This document shows, in pieces, positions 41,348 to 50,916 of a stretch of DNA of 64,000 nt. The position numbers and the translations under genes are program-made. Under the pieces are notes generated by a model. That model did not search any database. It was given only the letters and a program-made list of their open reading frames with translations, and was not told the origin of the DNA. Positions within the stretch are counted from its first letter, which is position 1, and every line of letters starts with the position of its first letter. Source of the DNA: an uncultured Thermoleophilia bacterium. Lineage in GTDB: Bacteria; Actinomycetota; Thermoleophilia; UBA2241. The stretch is from NCBI GenBank assembly GCA_963699725.1, contig CAVOVA010000001.1:5836-69835 (forward strand), written 5' to 3'.

Positions 41348-43060
41348 ATGCCTGACCTTCTTCACGTCGATCTGACCGAGCGGACCGCGGCCAAAGGACC
41401 GTTGCCCGCAGACCACGAGATGCTCGGTGGGCACGCGCTCACGTCGGCGATCGTCGCCGCAGAGGTCGATCCCACGTCGGACCCGCTGGGTCCGGACAAC
41501 GTGCTGGTCTTCGCCGCCGGGCTGTACGCGGGCACCATGGTGCCGAACGGCGGCAGGCTCTCGGCCGGCGCCAAGAGTCCCCTCACGGGCGGCATCAAGG
41601 AGGCCAACTCCGGGGGTTCCACCGCGCGCACCATGTCGCGGCTGGACCTGCGCGGCATCAAGCTCACCGGCCGCGCGGACTCGCTCAGCGTGGTCGAGAT
41701 CGACGCGGGCGGCGCCAGGATCGTCCCTGCCGCGGATCTGCAGGGGGCGGGCTCGTATGAGACGGTGGCCCGCCTGCGCGAGAAGTACGGCGACAAGGTA
41801 TCGATCATCTGCATCGGACCCGCCGGCGAGATGGGCCTCAAGGCGGCGGCGATCATCACCACCACCCCGGACTTCTACCTGCGCGCGGCGGCCCGCGGCG
41901 GCCTCGGCGCCGTCATGGGCGCGAAGAACGTCAAGGCCATCGTCGTCGACGGCGCCGGCGGCTCGGGCGTGACGGTCGCCGACAAGGCAGCGCTGAAGGC
42001 GGCGTCCGCAGCGCTCAACAAGGGCATCCTCTCCCACCCGGCCATGGCCGCCCTCGAGGCGCTGGGATCCGCGTTCCTGGTCAATGTCAGCCAGTCCATC
42101 GGCTGTCTCACCACGAAGAACTTCTCCGTCGGGCAGTACGACGATGCCCAGGCGATCAGTGGCGAGCACATGGCCGAGCTGCTTACCGGGCGACCGAACG
42201 GCGCCACCAAGCACAGCTGCATGGCCGGCTGCATCGTCAACTGCTCCCAGGTCTACACGGACGCCGACGGCAACGTCGTCACGTCCGGTCTCGAGTACGA
42301 GACGATCGGCCTTATCGGCGCCAACTGCGCCATCGACGACCTCGATCACATCGCCCGGATCGACCGGCTGTGCGACGACCTGGGCCTCGACACCATGGAG
42401 ATCGGCGCTGCCCTGGGCGTCGCCATGGAGGGCGGCCTCATCGACTGGGGCGACGGCGTCGCCGTGTGCGCGCTGCTGGAGAAGCTGACCGACGGCGACG
42501 CCGACGCGGCGCTCATCGCCAACGGCTGCGTCGCGACGGGCGCCAGGCTCGGCGTCACCCGCGTGCCGGCCTGCAAGGGCCAGGGCATGGCCGCCTACGA
42601 CCCACGCGTCCTCAAGGGGACGGGTACGACCTACGTGACCACGCCGCAGGGCGCCGACCACACGGCCGGCAACGCGCTGCCGAGTCCGGCCAACCCGGAC
42701 TACGACCCCGGTTCGCCGGAGGGCCAGGCCCAGATGTCAGAGTTTCTCCAGGCGTACTTCGCCGCGATCGACTCGCTCGGCATGTGCCTCTTCGCCACGC
42801 TGCCGGCGCTCGACATGCCGGAGCTCCAGGGCCACTTCGTCGCGGCGGCGTCCGCGATCCTGGGCAAGGACCTGCCGGAGGACTATCTCACCAGCATGGG
42901 CAGGGACGTCGTGCTGATGGAGCGGGACTTCAACCGTCGCGCCGGGTTCACCGCCGCCGACGACCGGATGCCCGCGTTCCTGTGCGAGGAGCCGGTCGCG
43001 CCCAGCGGCAACGTGTACGACGTCGACGAGGCCGATCTGGACGCCATGTTCACGTCGTGA
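41348..43060 (+). CDS. Aldehyde:ferredoxin oxidoreductase (AOR) family tungsto/molybdopterin enzyme
   Basis: Part of ORF 41168-43060, from ATG 41348 (AAGGGAG RBS). NGGRLSAGAKSPLTGG, GLGAVMGAKNVKAIVV, HSCMAGCIVNCS and EYETIGLIGANC blocks. Confidence 0.85.
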   Translation: MPDLLHVDLTERTAAKGPLPADHEMLGGHALTSAIVAAEVDPTSDPLGPDNVLVFAAGLYAGTMVPNGGRLSAGAKSPLTGGIKEANSGGSTARTMSRLDLRGIKLTGRADSLSVVEIDAGGARIVPAADLQGAGSYETVARLREKYGDKVSIICIGPAGEMGLKAAAIITTTPDFYLRAAARGGLGAVMGAKNVKAIVVDGAGGSGVTVADKAALKAASAALNKGILSHPAMAALEALGSAFLVNVSQSIGCLTTKNFSVGQYDDAQAISGEHMAELLTGRPNGATKHSCMAGCIVNCSQVYTDADGNVVTSGLEYETIGLIGANCAIDDLDHIARIDRLCDDLGLDTMEIGAALGVAMEGGLIDWGDGVAVCALLEKLTDGDADAALIANGCVATGARLGVTRVPACKGQGMAAYDPRVLKGTGTTYVTTPQGADHTAGNALPSPANPDYDPGSPEGQAQMSEFLQAYFAAIDSLGMCLFATLPALDMPELQGHFVAAASAILGKDLPEDYLTSMGRDVVLMERDFNRRAGFTAADDRMPAFLCEEPVAPSGNVYDVDEADLDAMFTS

Positions 43061-43138
43061 GGGCGCGCGGGGGCGGGGGCGCCTTCACATGACGGTATAC
43101 TGATACCAGATAGGGGCCTACGGGGAGAAAGGACGCCG

Positions 43139-43984
43139 ATGTCACCGCGTCGATCCAGCAGTCAGACCAAGCGCGGCCGCGGCAGGGAGGCCGGAGACCG
43201 CGGCGAGAGCCAGTTCGTCGTCCAGGCGTTGGCCAAGGGACTGGCCGTGCTCTCGCTCTTCGACGCCGAGAACCGGGAGTGGAGCCTCGACGAGATCACG
43301 GCGGAGCTCGGGCTGCCGCGCATGACTGCCTATCGCATGGCCCGGACCCTTCTGGGCGCCGGCTATCTGGTCACCGACCAGGTGTCCGGCAAGTATCGCC
43401 TCGGACCGGCGCTGCTCGCGTCGACGTATCTCTCCGAGGGCTACGCGGAGCTGGTCGCGATGGCCCAGCCGTATCTCCGGTCGCTGGTGGATGAGACGGG
43501 GGAGTCGGCCACGCTGGCGGTGGAGGTCGACGGCGTGGCCGTCTGCGTCGCCATGCTCGAATCGATCCGCCCGCATCGGAGAGAGGTGGCGGTCGGCCGC
43601 ATCATCGGCGACACGGCGAACGCGCACGGCAAGATGTTCGCGGCGTGCAAGTCGGAGAAGGAGCGCGAGGCGATCGTCACCTCGGAGCTCGAGCGGCGCA
43701 CGCCCGAGACGATCACCGACCCTGAAGAGTTGCGTCAGAAGCTCGAGGAGGCACGGCGGCAGGGCGTCGCCTTCGACCTCGAGGAGCGCGACGCGGGCAC
43801 CTGCGCCTGCGCCGCGCCCGTTCGCGACCAGACCGGCAAGGTCATCGCCACGCTGGCCGTCGTCGTGCCGACGGGGCGGTTCGACGCCGAGGCCCGGGAG
43901 AACTGCGCCGCCGCCGTCAAGAGCGTGGCGGCTTCGTTCTCAGCCTTCTTCGGCTACTCCGCGACGAGCGACGACACGCAGTAG
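43139..43984 (+). CDS. IclR-family transcriptional regulator (paralog 1)
   Basis: 281 aa. wHTH WSLDEITAELGLPRMTAYRMARTL and an IclR effector domain. Highly similar to 53451-54314. Confidence 0.85.
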   Translation: MSPRRSSSQTKRGRGREAGDRGESQFVVQALAKGLAVLSLFDAENREWSLDEITAELGLPRMTAYRMARTLLGAGYLVTDQVSGKYRLGPALLASTYLSEGYAELVAMAQPYLRSLVDETGESATLAVEVDGVAVCVAMLESIRPHRREVAVGRIIGDTANAHGKMFAACKSEKEREAIVTSELERRTPETITDPEELRQKLEEARRQGVAFDLEERDAGTCACAAPVRDQTGKVIATLAVVVPTGRFDAEARENCAAAVKSVAASFSAFFGYSATSDDTQ

Positions 43985-44070
43985 CCGCGGTTCGCCCCGG
44001 TCCAGGGGCGGACCGGCACGAAGCGCCACCGTCACGACGCCGCGCCAAACGTTCGGATCGCGATCGCACG

Positions 44071-44114
44071 TTGCCGTACGGTATGCGCATGAGATAATCT
44101 GATATGCGAATACC
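44071..44114 (+). promoter_or_regulatory. Candidate promoter (-35 TTGCCG, -10 TAATCT) overlapped by an 11-bp inverted repeat GGTATGCGCAT-N13-ATGCGAATACC
   Basis: AT-rich island in high-GC DNA, 50-90 nt upstream of the dehydrogenase start. One mismatch between the arms. Confidence 0.4.
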
Positions 44115-44163
44115 ATTGCGCCCGCCGAGCGGCAGGGCGGCGTCGAGTGCGAGGAGCTTCGGA

Positions 44164-45123
44164 GTGGGTGTCGGGGACGTCCGGAAGGTGGCGGTGATCG
44201 GTGCTGGCACGATGGGACCTGGCCTCGCCCAGGTCTTCGCCGGCGCCGGGTATCCGGTCTCACTCTTCTCTCGCTCGGAGGCGACGCTGACGAAGGCCAT
44301 GTCCGTCGCCGCCGCCAACGTGGAGACGTTCGTGAGGCACGGCCTCTTCGACGCCGACGAGGCGACCGCCGTCGTGACCCGCATCAGCCCGACGCAACGG
44401 CTGGAGGAGGCGGGGACCGGCGCAGACCTCGTCGTCGAGGCGATCGCCGAGGACATGGACGCAAAGGGCGCCGTGTTCGCCGAGCTCGACGCGGTGTGCC
44501 CCGACGACGCCGTGCTCACGAGTACCACGTCGTACCTCGACATCTACGAGGTCGTCCCCCCACGGCGGCTCCCGAACACGGTCATCGCCCACTGGTTCGC
44601 GCCGCCGCACATCGTCCCGCTGGTCGAGGTGGTCAAAGGAGAGATGACGAGTGAGGACACCGTGGTCGCGCTACTCGCGCTGCTCACGCGTCTGGGAAAG
44701 ACGCCGGTCGTCATGGAGCGCTTCGTGCCCGGGTTCTGCATCAACCGTCTGCTGCGCAGTATCGGGCGCGAGGTCTTCTTCCTGCTCGACAACGGCTACG
44801 TGACGCCGGAGCAGCTGGACCTCGCGGTCAAGTCCAGCCTCGTGCCCCGGGCCATGGTGCTCGGGTTCGTCCAGCGGTACGACTTCACGGGGCTGGACCT
44901 CAGCCTGGCCAACCTGCGCAATCCCCACTACGTAGAGCCGCCGCGGGACGACGCGCCGCCCAGCCTCGCCACTCGCGTCGAGAGGGGCGAGTTGGGCGTC
45001 AAGACCGGCAAGGGCTTCTTCGACTACGGCGGCCGGGAGCTCGAGGAGATCCTGGCGGCGCGCGACGACGAGCTCATCCGGGCGGTCGCGGCGACCCGCG
45101 GCCTCGTGAAGGAGCCGGCGTGA
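44164..45123 (+). CDS. 3-hydroxyacyl-CoA dehydrogenase-family NAD-dependent dehydrogenase
   Basis: ORF 44104-45123. Start set at GTG 44164 (GAGGAG 7 nt upstream). VAVIGAGTMGPGLAQVFA Rossmann motif. HWFAPPHIVPLVEV. Confidence 0.8.
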   Translation: MGVGDVRKVAVIGAGTMGPGLAQVFAGAGYPVSLFSRSEATLTKAMSVAAANVETFVRHGLFDADEATAVVTRISPTQRLEEAGTGADLVVEAIAEDMDAKGAVFAELDAVCPDDAVLTSTTSYLDIYEVVPPRRLPNTVIAHWFAPPHIVPLVEVVKGEMTSEDTVVALLALLTRLGKTPVVMERFVPGFCINRLLRSIGREVFFLLDNGYVTPEQLDLAVKSSLVPRAMVLGFVQRYDFTGLDLSLANLRNPHYVEPPRDDAPPSLATRVERGELGVKTGKGFFDYGGRELEEILAARDDELIRAVAATRGLVKEPA

Positions 45124-45989
45124 TGGCGGTCAGGAGACTCCCGGCAGGCAGAGTCATCGTCACGGCGGCGCTCAACGGCGCTTTCGTGACCAAGGACGTC
45201 AATCCGAACGTGCCGGAGCAGCCGGAAGAGATCGCGCAGGCGGCGCTCGACTGCCACGACGCGGGCGCAGCCATCGTGCACATCCACGCGCGCGACGAGC
45301 AGGGCAGGCCCTGCGGCTCGCGCGCGCGGTTCGAGGAGATCCTTGCCGCCGTTCGCAGCCGTTGTCCCGACGTCATCGTCAACTTGTCCACCGGCGGGGG
45401 CACCAACCTCACCATCGAAGAGCGGGTCTCGTGCCTGGACGCCGACCCGGAGATGGCCTCGCTCAACATGGGAACGCTCATGCGCCAGTCCGGGCCCAAT
45501 GCCGGCGAGCCCTTCGTCAACATGACCGCCGACATCGAGGCTTGGGCGGCCAAGATGAAGGCGATGCGCATCAAGCCGGAGATGGAGTGCTACTCGCAGA
45601 GCATGTACCGGGACGTGCGCAATCTCATTGCCAAGGGGCTCGTCGAGCCGCCCTTCTACGTCAACTTCGTACTCGGCATGAAGCACCAGGGCGCCGTCGA
45701 GGCGACACCCGAGATGCTGACCTCCATGTACCAGGCGCTTCCCGAAGGCTGCTTCTTCAACGTCACCGCCACCGGCGCCGCGCAGCTTCCGCTCACGACG
45801 ATGGGCATGGTCATGGGCGGCGCCGTGCGCGTAGGCCTCGAGGACAACATCTACTATCGCCGGGGCGAACCCGCCCGCAGCAACGCGCAGCTGGTCGAGC
45901 GCACGGTCCGCCTCGCCCGGGAACTCACCCTCGAACCGGCCACGCCGGACGAGGCCAGGGCCATCCTGGGCGTCGTCAAGAAGAACTAG
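45120..45989 (+). CDS. BKACE-family (DUF849, beta-keto acid cleavage) enzyme
   Basis: 289 aa. VTAALNGA..., AAIVHIHARDEQG and GGAVRVGLEDN blocks. GTGATG junction with the upstream stop. Confidence 0.8.
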   Translation: MMAVRRLPAGRVIVTAALNGAFVTKDVNPNVPEQPEEIAQAALDCHDAGAAIVHIHARDEQGRPCGSRARFEEILAAVRSRCPDVIVNLSTGGGTNLTIEERVSCLDADPEMASLNMGTLMRQSGPNAGEPFVNMTADIEAWAAKMKAMRIKPEMECYSQSMYRDVRNLIAKGLVEPPFYVNFVLGMKHQGAVEATPEMLTSMYQALPEGCFFNVTATGAAQLPLTTMGMVMGGAVRVGLEDNIYYRRGEPARSNAQLVERTVRLARELTLEPATPDEARAILGVVKKN

Positions 45990-46009
45990 CTGACCAGGAG
46001 GACGCACGC

Positions 46010-46780
46010 ATGGAGGATCTCTTCTCTCTCGAGGGCAGGAACGCTGTGGTCCTGGGGGCCGGCGGTATGGGCGCGGCGATCGCCGCCGGCCTGCTGCGCT
46101 TCGGCGCGAGGCTCGAGGTGGCCGATCGTGACGCGGCGGGGCTGGCACGGTGCGCTACGAACCTCGCAGAAGCGGGCTATCCGACCGTTGGCATCCACGA
46201 GGTGGACGCCACTGACGAGAGCAGCATGCAGGCGCTCGTCGAGGCGACGGTGGCGAGCATGGGCAAGGTCGACATCCTCGTCAATGCCCTCGGCTACAAC
46301 TTCAAGGCCAACGCGACCGAGTTCCCGATGGACGAGTGGGACAGGCTGTTCAACGTCAACGTCAGGGCCGTCATGATGGCCTGCAAGCTGTTCGGCGCGC
46401 ACATGGTCGAGCAGGGTGGCGGCAAGATCATCAACCTCTCGTCGGTGCGCGACGATCGCGGCGCGCTTGGCGGCAACGCGGGCTACTGCGCCACCAAGGG
46501 CGCCGTCAAGATGATCACCAGGCAGCTGGGCGTCGAGCTGGCGCCGCACAAGGTCTACGTCAACGCGCTTGGACCCATCATCACCGTGACACCCATGACC
46601 GCCGAACGCATCAAGCAAGACGCCTCTCGTTACGAGCGCATGCTGTTGAACGTGCCGATGGGCCGCATGGCCGACGTGGAGGACCTGGTCGGTCCGGCCG
46701 TGTTCCTCGCGTCGTCCGCGTCGGACTTCATCACCGGTACGGTGCTGTACGTCGATGGCGGCATGATGGCCTACGCCTGA
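46010..46780 (+). CDS. Short-chain dehydrogenase/reductase (SDR)
   Basis: Part of ORF 45362-46780, from ATG 46010 (CAGGAGG RBS). VLGAGGMGAAIA, NALG, and YCATKGAV (YxxxK). Confidence 0.8.
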   Translation: MEDLFSLEGRNAVVLGAGGMGAAIAAGLLRFGARLEVADRDAAGLARCATNLAEAGYPTVGIHEVDATDESSMQALVEATVASMGKVDILVNALGYNFKANATEFPMDEWDRLFNVNVRAVMMACKLFGAHMVEQGGGKIINLSSVRDDRGALGGNAGYCATKGAVKMITRQLGVELAPHKVYVNALGPIITVTPMTAERIKQDASRYERMLLNVPMGRMADVEDLVGPAVFLASSASDFITGTVLYVDGGMMAYA

Positions 46781-46802
46781 GGCAGGACGAGGAACGAGGC
46801 CC

Positions 46803-47996
46803 ATGAACGACGTCGTCATCGTCTCCGCGGTGCGCACCGCGCTCGGCCGGCTCGGCGGGGCGCTCAAGGACGTGCCGCCCGAGGAGCTCGCCAGGGTCGT
46901 GATCGCGGCCGCGGTCGAGCGCGCCGGCGTCGAGCCGGCGGAGGTCGACGAGGTCGTCCTGGGCCAGACCAAGCAGAGCGCCGACGCCGCCAACCTGGCG
47001 CGGGTGGCGGCGCTCAAGGCCGGTTTCCCGGTCGAGGTGCCGGCCTACACCGTCATGCGCCAGTGTGGCTCCGGTCTGCAGGCGGTGGGCAACGCCGTGC
47101 AGGCCATCCGCGCCGGCGACGCCGAGATCGTCGTCGCCGGCGGCGTCGAGAGCATGAGTCTGGCGCCGTACTACCTGCGCGGCGCTCGCTTCGGCTTCGT
47201 CTCCGGCAACAGCGTCCTCGTCGACCCCAACACGGAGAGCCAGCCGCGCTCGCAGCCCTACGAGGTCTACGGAGACCTCACGATGGGACTCACCGCGGAG
47301 AACCTCGCGGAGAAGTTCGCCATCACGCGCGAGGAGCAGGACGCGTACGCGCTGCGCAGCCAGGAGCGCGCCTTCGCCGCCATCCGCGCGGGGAGGTTCG
47401 AGGACGAGATCGTGCCGGTGGAGGTGCCGCAGAAGAAGGGTCCGCCGGCGGACTTCGCCGTCGACGAGTATCCGCGACGCACGAGCCTCGCGCAGCTCGC
47501 CGCTCTCAAGCCGCACTTCAAGGAGGGCGGCACGGTCACCGCCGGGAACGCCTCGGGACGCAACGACGGCGCCGCCTGCCTCGTCCTGATGTCCGCGGAG
47601 GCTGCGCGGGCGCGCGACATCACGCCGCTGGCGACGGTGCGCGCCCACGCGGTCGTCGGCGTCGACCCGCGGTTCATGGGTATCGGGCCCGTCCCCGCCG
47701 CCCGCAAGGCGCTCGAGCGGGCCGGCCTCGCACTCGCGGCGATCGGCCTCGTCGAGATCAACGAGGCCTTCGCGTCGCAGACGATCGCCTGCGTGCGCGA
47801 GCTCGGCCTGGATGAGGACACCCTGAACGTCAACGGAGGCGCCATCGCGCTCGGACATCCCCTGGGCTGCTCCGGCGCCCGCATCCTCACCACCCTGCTC
47901 CACGAGATGCGCAAGCGCGGCACACGCTACGGGCTCGCCGGTATCTGTATCGCCGGCGGTCAGGGCATGGCCACGATCATCGAGACCGCCGGGTAG
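46803..47996 (+). CDS. Acetyl-CoA C-acetyltransferase (thiolase II)
   Basis: 397 aa. MRQCGSGLQA active-site Cys, and NVNGGAIALGHPLGCSGARI. Confidence 0.9.
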   Translation: MNDVVIVSAVRTALGRLGGALKDVPPEELARVVIAAAVERAGVEPAEVDEVVLGQTKQSADAANLARVAALKAGFPVEVPAYTVMRQCGSGLQAVGNAVQAIRAGDAEIVVAGGVESMSLAPYYLRGARFGFVSGNSVLVDPNTESQPRSQPYEVYGDLTMGLTAENLAEKFAITREEQDAYALRSQERAFAAIRAGRFEDEIVPVEVPQKKGPPADFAVDEYPRRTSLAQLAALKPHFKEGGTVTAGNASGRNDGAACLVLMSAEAARARDITPLATVRAHAVVGVDPRFMGIGPVPAARKALERAGLALAAIGLVEINEAFASQTIACVRELGLDEDTLNVNGGAIALGHPLGCSGARILTTLLHEMRKRGTRYGLAGICIAGGQGMATIIETAG

Positions 47997-48038
47997 CCGG
48001 GAGGCCCACCCGTCTTGACCACGTTGAAGGAGAGAGAA

Positions 48039-48845
48039 ATGACAGATGTCGTCACCGATCCCTACTCGGGACTTCAGCTCATCGAGCTGAGCCACGTGTG
48101 GGGCCACGGCGTCCCGTCCGAGCCGGGACAGCTGGACGTGCGCATGGTGCGCGCGGTCAAGCACGCCCAGCACGGCGTGCTCGCCTGGCGGGTCACCACC
48201 AGCCTGCACACCGGCACCCACATGAACGCGCCCATCCACATGGTCCAGCGCGGCGACGACCTGGCCGCCGTCTCCCCGGACCGTCTCTTCGGCAACGCCG
48301 CCGTGCTCGACGTCCCCAAGGGTAGCTGGGAGGTCATCACGGCGGCCGATCTCGAGGCCGCATCGCCGGGCGTCGAGGACGGCGACATCGTCGTCATCGT
48401 CACGGGCTGGCACCACAAGTACTCCGACGGCCTCGAGTACTTCGGCGAAGCTCCGGGTCTCACGAAGGACGCCGCCGAGTGGTTGATAGCGAAGAACCCG
48501 AAGTTCGTGGCCGTCGACACGCCGTTCATCGACGTGCCGCTCGCGACCTCCATGGGCCCGCATCGCGGCGGCCCGCAGATGAAGCGCCTCGCGCCCGCGT
48601 ACAAGGCCGCGACGGGTCGCGACGCCAAGGCCGACTTCCCGGACTGGTTCCCGGCCCACAAGGCCCTCGCCGCCGCCGGCATCCCGACGGTCGAGCAGGT
48701 CGGTGGTGACGTCGACCTCGTGAAGGGCAAGCGGGCCACCATCGCCGCGACCCCCTGGAAGTTCGAGCACGGCGACGCCTGCCCCATCCGCATGGTCGCC
48801 ATGCTCGACCCGTCCGGCAAGCTGCGCGTCGACGCCGGCAACTGA
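48039..48845 (+). CDS. Cyclase-family (kynurenine-formamidase-fold) protein, paralog 1
   Basis: ORF 48015-48845. ATG 48039 follows GAAGGAGAGAG. HTGTHMNAPIH is a variant of the HxGTHxDxPxH metal motif. Confidence 0.75.
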   Translation: MTDVVTDPYSGLQLIELSHVWGHGVPSEPGQLDVRMVRAVKHAQHGVLAWRVTTSLHTGTHMNAPIHMVQRGDDLAAVSPDRLFGNAAVLDVPKGSWEVITAADLEAASPGVEDGDIVVIVTGWHHKYSDGLEYFGEAPGLTKDAAEWLIAKNPKFVAVDTPFIDVPLATSMGPHRGGPQMKRLAPAYKAATGRDAKADFPDWFPAHKALAAAGIPTVEQVGGDVDLVKGKRATIAATPWKFEHGDACPIRMVAMLDPSGKLRVDAGN

Positions 48846-48873
48846 CGATCCGCCGACGAGAAGGGAACCGGAC

Positions 48874-49656
48874 ATGAGTCTGAAGGTCTACAACCTGAGC
48901 CACACGTTCACGCAGTTCATCCCGGAGTGGCCATCCACGCCGAGCGTCAACGTCAAGGTGAGCAAGTTCCACGCCAAGGACGGCGTCTACGAGGTGGAGT
49001 GGGAAGGCATCATGCACCGCTGCACGCACATGGATGCGCCGCTCCACGTCACCGAGAACACGCCGAGCATCGCCGACTACCCGCTCTGGCGCCTGGTCGG
49101 CACCGGCGTCTGCGTCGACATCCCCAAAGGCAAGTGGGGTGTCATCACCCCCGAGGACCTCGAGAACGCGACGCCCACGATCGAAGAGGGCGATATCGTC
49201 ATGATCAACACCGGCTTCCACCGCCTGTGGGCCGACACCGACGAGTACTTCGCCTACGGCTGCGGCATGGGGGCCGATGGCGCCCGATGGCTGGTCGACA
49301 AGAAGGTCAAGCTGGTGGGCTACGGTCATCAGGCCAACGACCACCCGATCGCGACCAAGCTGGTCGACCACGGCCTCGGCCCGAGCCAGCCGCACCTCAT
49401 AGAGGAGTACAAGGCCGAGACCGGCCGCGACCCCAAAGAGGACTTTCCGAGCTGGGAGCCGGCGCACAAGATCCTCATGTGTCAGGGCGGCATCCCCGGC
49501 ATCGAGAACGTCGGCGGCGACCTGGACGAGGTCACCGGCAAACGCTGCACCTTCCTCGCGCTGCCGTGGCGCTGGCCGGGCGGCGACGGCTGCATGGTCC
49601 GCATCCTCGCGGTCGTGGATCCGGACCAGACGTTCCGTTTCGAGACGGGACAGTGA
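48874..49656 (+). CDS. Cyclase-family protein, paralog 2
   Basis: 260 aa. HRCTHMDAPLH motif variant and GDIVMINTGFH. Confidence 0.75.
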   Translation: MSLKVYNLSHTFTQFIPEWPSTPSVNVKVSKFHAKDGVYEVEWEGIMHRCTHMDAPLHVTENTPSIADYPLWRLVGTGVCVDIPKGKWGVITPEDLENATPTIEEGDIVMINTGFHRLWADTDEYFAYGCGMGADGARWLVDKKVKLVGYGHQANDHPIATKLVDHGLGPSQPHLIEEYKAETGRDPKEDFPSWEPAHKILMCQGGIPGIENVGGDLDEVTGKRCTFLALPWRWPGGDGCMVRILAVVDPDQTFRFETGQ

Positions 49657-49667
49657 GAGGGAGTGAC

Positions 49668-50879
49668 ATGACGGACATTCTGGAGGGTGTGAAGGTCATC
49701 GAGATGGGCCACGTCGTGGCCGTCCCTGCGGCCTCGTCGATGATGGGCGACTGCGGCGCCGACGTGATCAAGATCGAGCCGCTCACGGGCGACCAGTCGC
49801 GGACCTTCCGCGGCACCGACATCAACCCGGGCTTCTATCTTCACAACCGCAGCAAGAAGAGCATCGCGATCGACCTCCGGCAGCAGGCCGGCAAGGAGAT
49901 CGTCTACAAGATGGTCGGCGACCACGACGTGTTCCTGACCAACTATCAGGCAGGATCCCTGGAGCGCCTGGGCCTCGACTACGAGACCCTGTGCGGCTAC
50001 AAGAAGAACATCATCTACGGCATCGTCTCGGCCTACGGCACCGTGGGTCCGGACAAGGACATGGCCGGCTATGACTTCGCCGCCGGGTGGGCACGCTCCG
50101 GCATCCAGGACATGCTGAGCGCGCCGGGCACGCCGCCGCCGGCCTCCCGGCCCGGCATCATCGACCGCGTCTCGTCCATGCAGATCTTCGGCGGCATGTG
50201 TGCGGCCCTCTATCACCGGGAGCACACGGGCGAGGGCCAGAAGGTGGAGTTCAACCTGTACCACACCGGCGTGTGGATGGTGGGCGCCGACATCATGGAC
50301 GCCCTCTTCGGGCTGCCGCTGCGGCGGGTGGACCCATCCAAGTCCGACAACCCGTTCTACGACGTCTACGAGTGCAAGGACGGCCGCTGGCTGCAGCTCA
50401 CGGCGGCCGACCGCTACGCCAAGGCGCACGATCCGGCCGGCGCCAAGTTCTGGCAGTCCTTCACGCGTGCCCTCGACCGGCCGGACCTAGCCGAGGATCC
50501 GCGCTTCGCGACCACCGACATGCGCCAGCAGCACCGCGACGTCCTCACGCCGATGCTCAACGACGTGTTCAGGTCGCGCACCTATGCGGAGTGGGAGGAA
50601 CGCCTCCGCGCCGAGAACCTGATGTACGGCCCCATCCTCTCGCCCGAGCAGGTGATCGAGGATCCGCAGGCGCTGGCCAACGACTTCTTCGCCGAGGTCG
50701 ACCAGCCCGGCGTGGGCACGATCCGCACGATCAACTCACCGAACAAGTTCGTGCAGAACCCCGCCTCGATCAAGTCGCTGACGCCGGGTCTCGGCGAGCA
50801 GACGGACGAGATCCTCGGCGAGCTCGGCTACACCACGGGCGGCATCGATGAACTGCGTGAGGCCAAGGTCATCCTCTGA
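49668..50879 (+). CDS. Family III CoA-transferase (CaiB/BaiF type)
   Basis: Part of ORF 48927-50879, from ATG 49668. LEGVKVIEMGHVVAVPAASSMMGDCGADVIKIEP, and the LGEQTDEIL C-terminus. Confidence 0.85.
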   Translation: MTDILEGVKVIEMGHVVAVPAASSMMGDCGADVIKIEPLTGDQSRTFRGTDINPGFYLHNRSKKSIAIDLRQQAGKEIVYKMVGDHDVFLTNYQAGSLERLGLDYETLCGYKKNIIYGIVSAYGTVGPDKDMAGYDFAAGWARSGIQDMLSAPGTPPPASRPGIIDRVSSMQIFGGMCAALYHREHTGEGQKVEFNLYHTGVWMVGADIMDALFGLPLRRVDPSKSDNPFYDVYECKDGRWLQLTAADRYAKAHDPAGAKFWQSFTRALDRPDLAEDPRFATTDMRQQHRDVLTPMLNDVFRSRTYAEWEERLRAENLMYGPILSPEQVIEDPQALANDFFAEVDQPGVGTIRTINSPNKFVQNPASIKSLTPGLGEQTDEILGELGYTTGGIDELREAKVIL

Positions 50880-50916
50880 CCGGACGCCTGTGCAGCGGAC
50901 CCCACAAGGAGCCACG

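Noticed and set aside
40217-42661. 814-aa minus-strand ORF.
   Set aside because: It lies antisense to bthL and the AOR gene, both of which have clear family motifs. The product is low-complexity and Arg/Ala/Gly-rich, so it is a shadow ORF.
44104-44163. ATG 44104 as the start of the dehydrogenase.
   Set aside because: It has no RBS, and the ATG lies inside the right arm of the promoter-region inverted repeat. GTG 44164 has GAGGAG 7 nt upstream and lies just before the Rossmann strand.
46731-48875. 714-aa minus-strand ORF.
   Set aside because: It lies antisense to the thiolase and cyclase genes, has no motifs, and has shadow-ORF composition.
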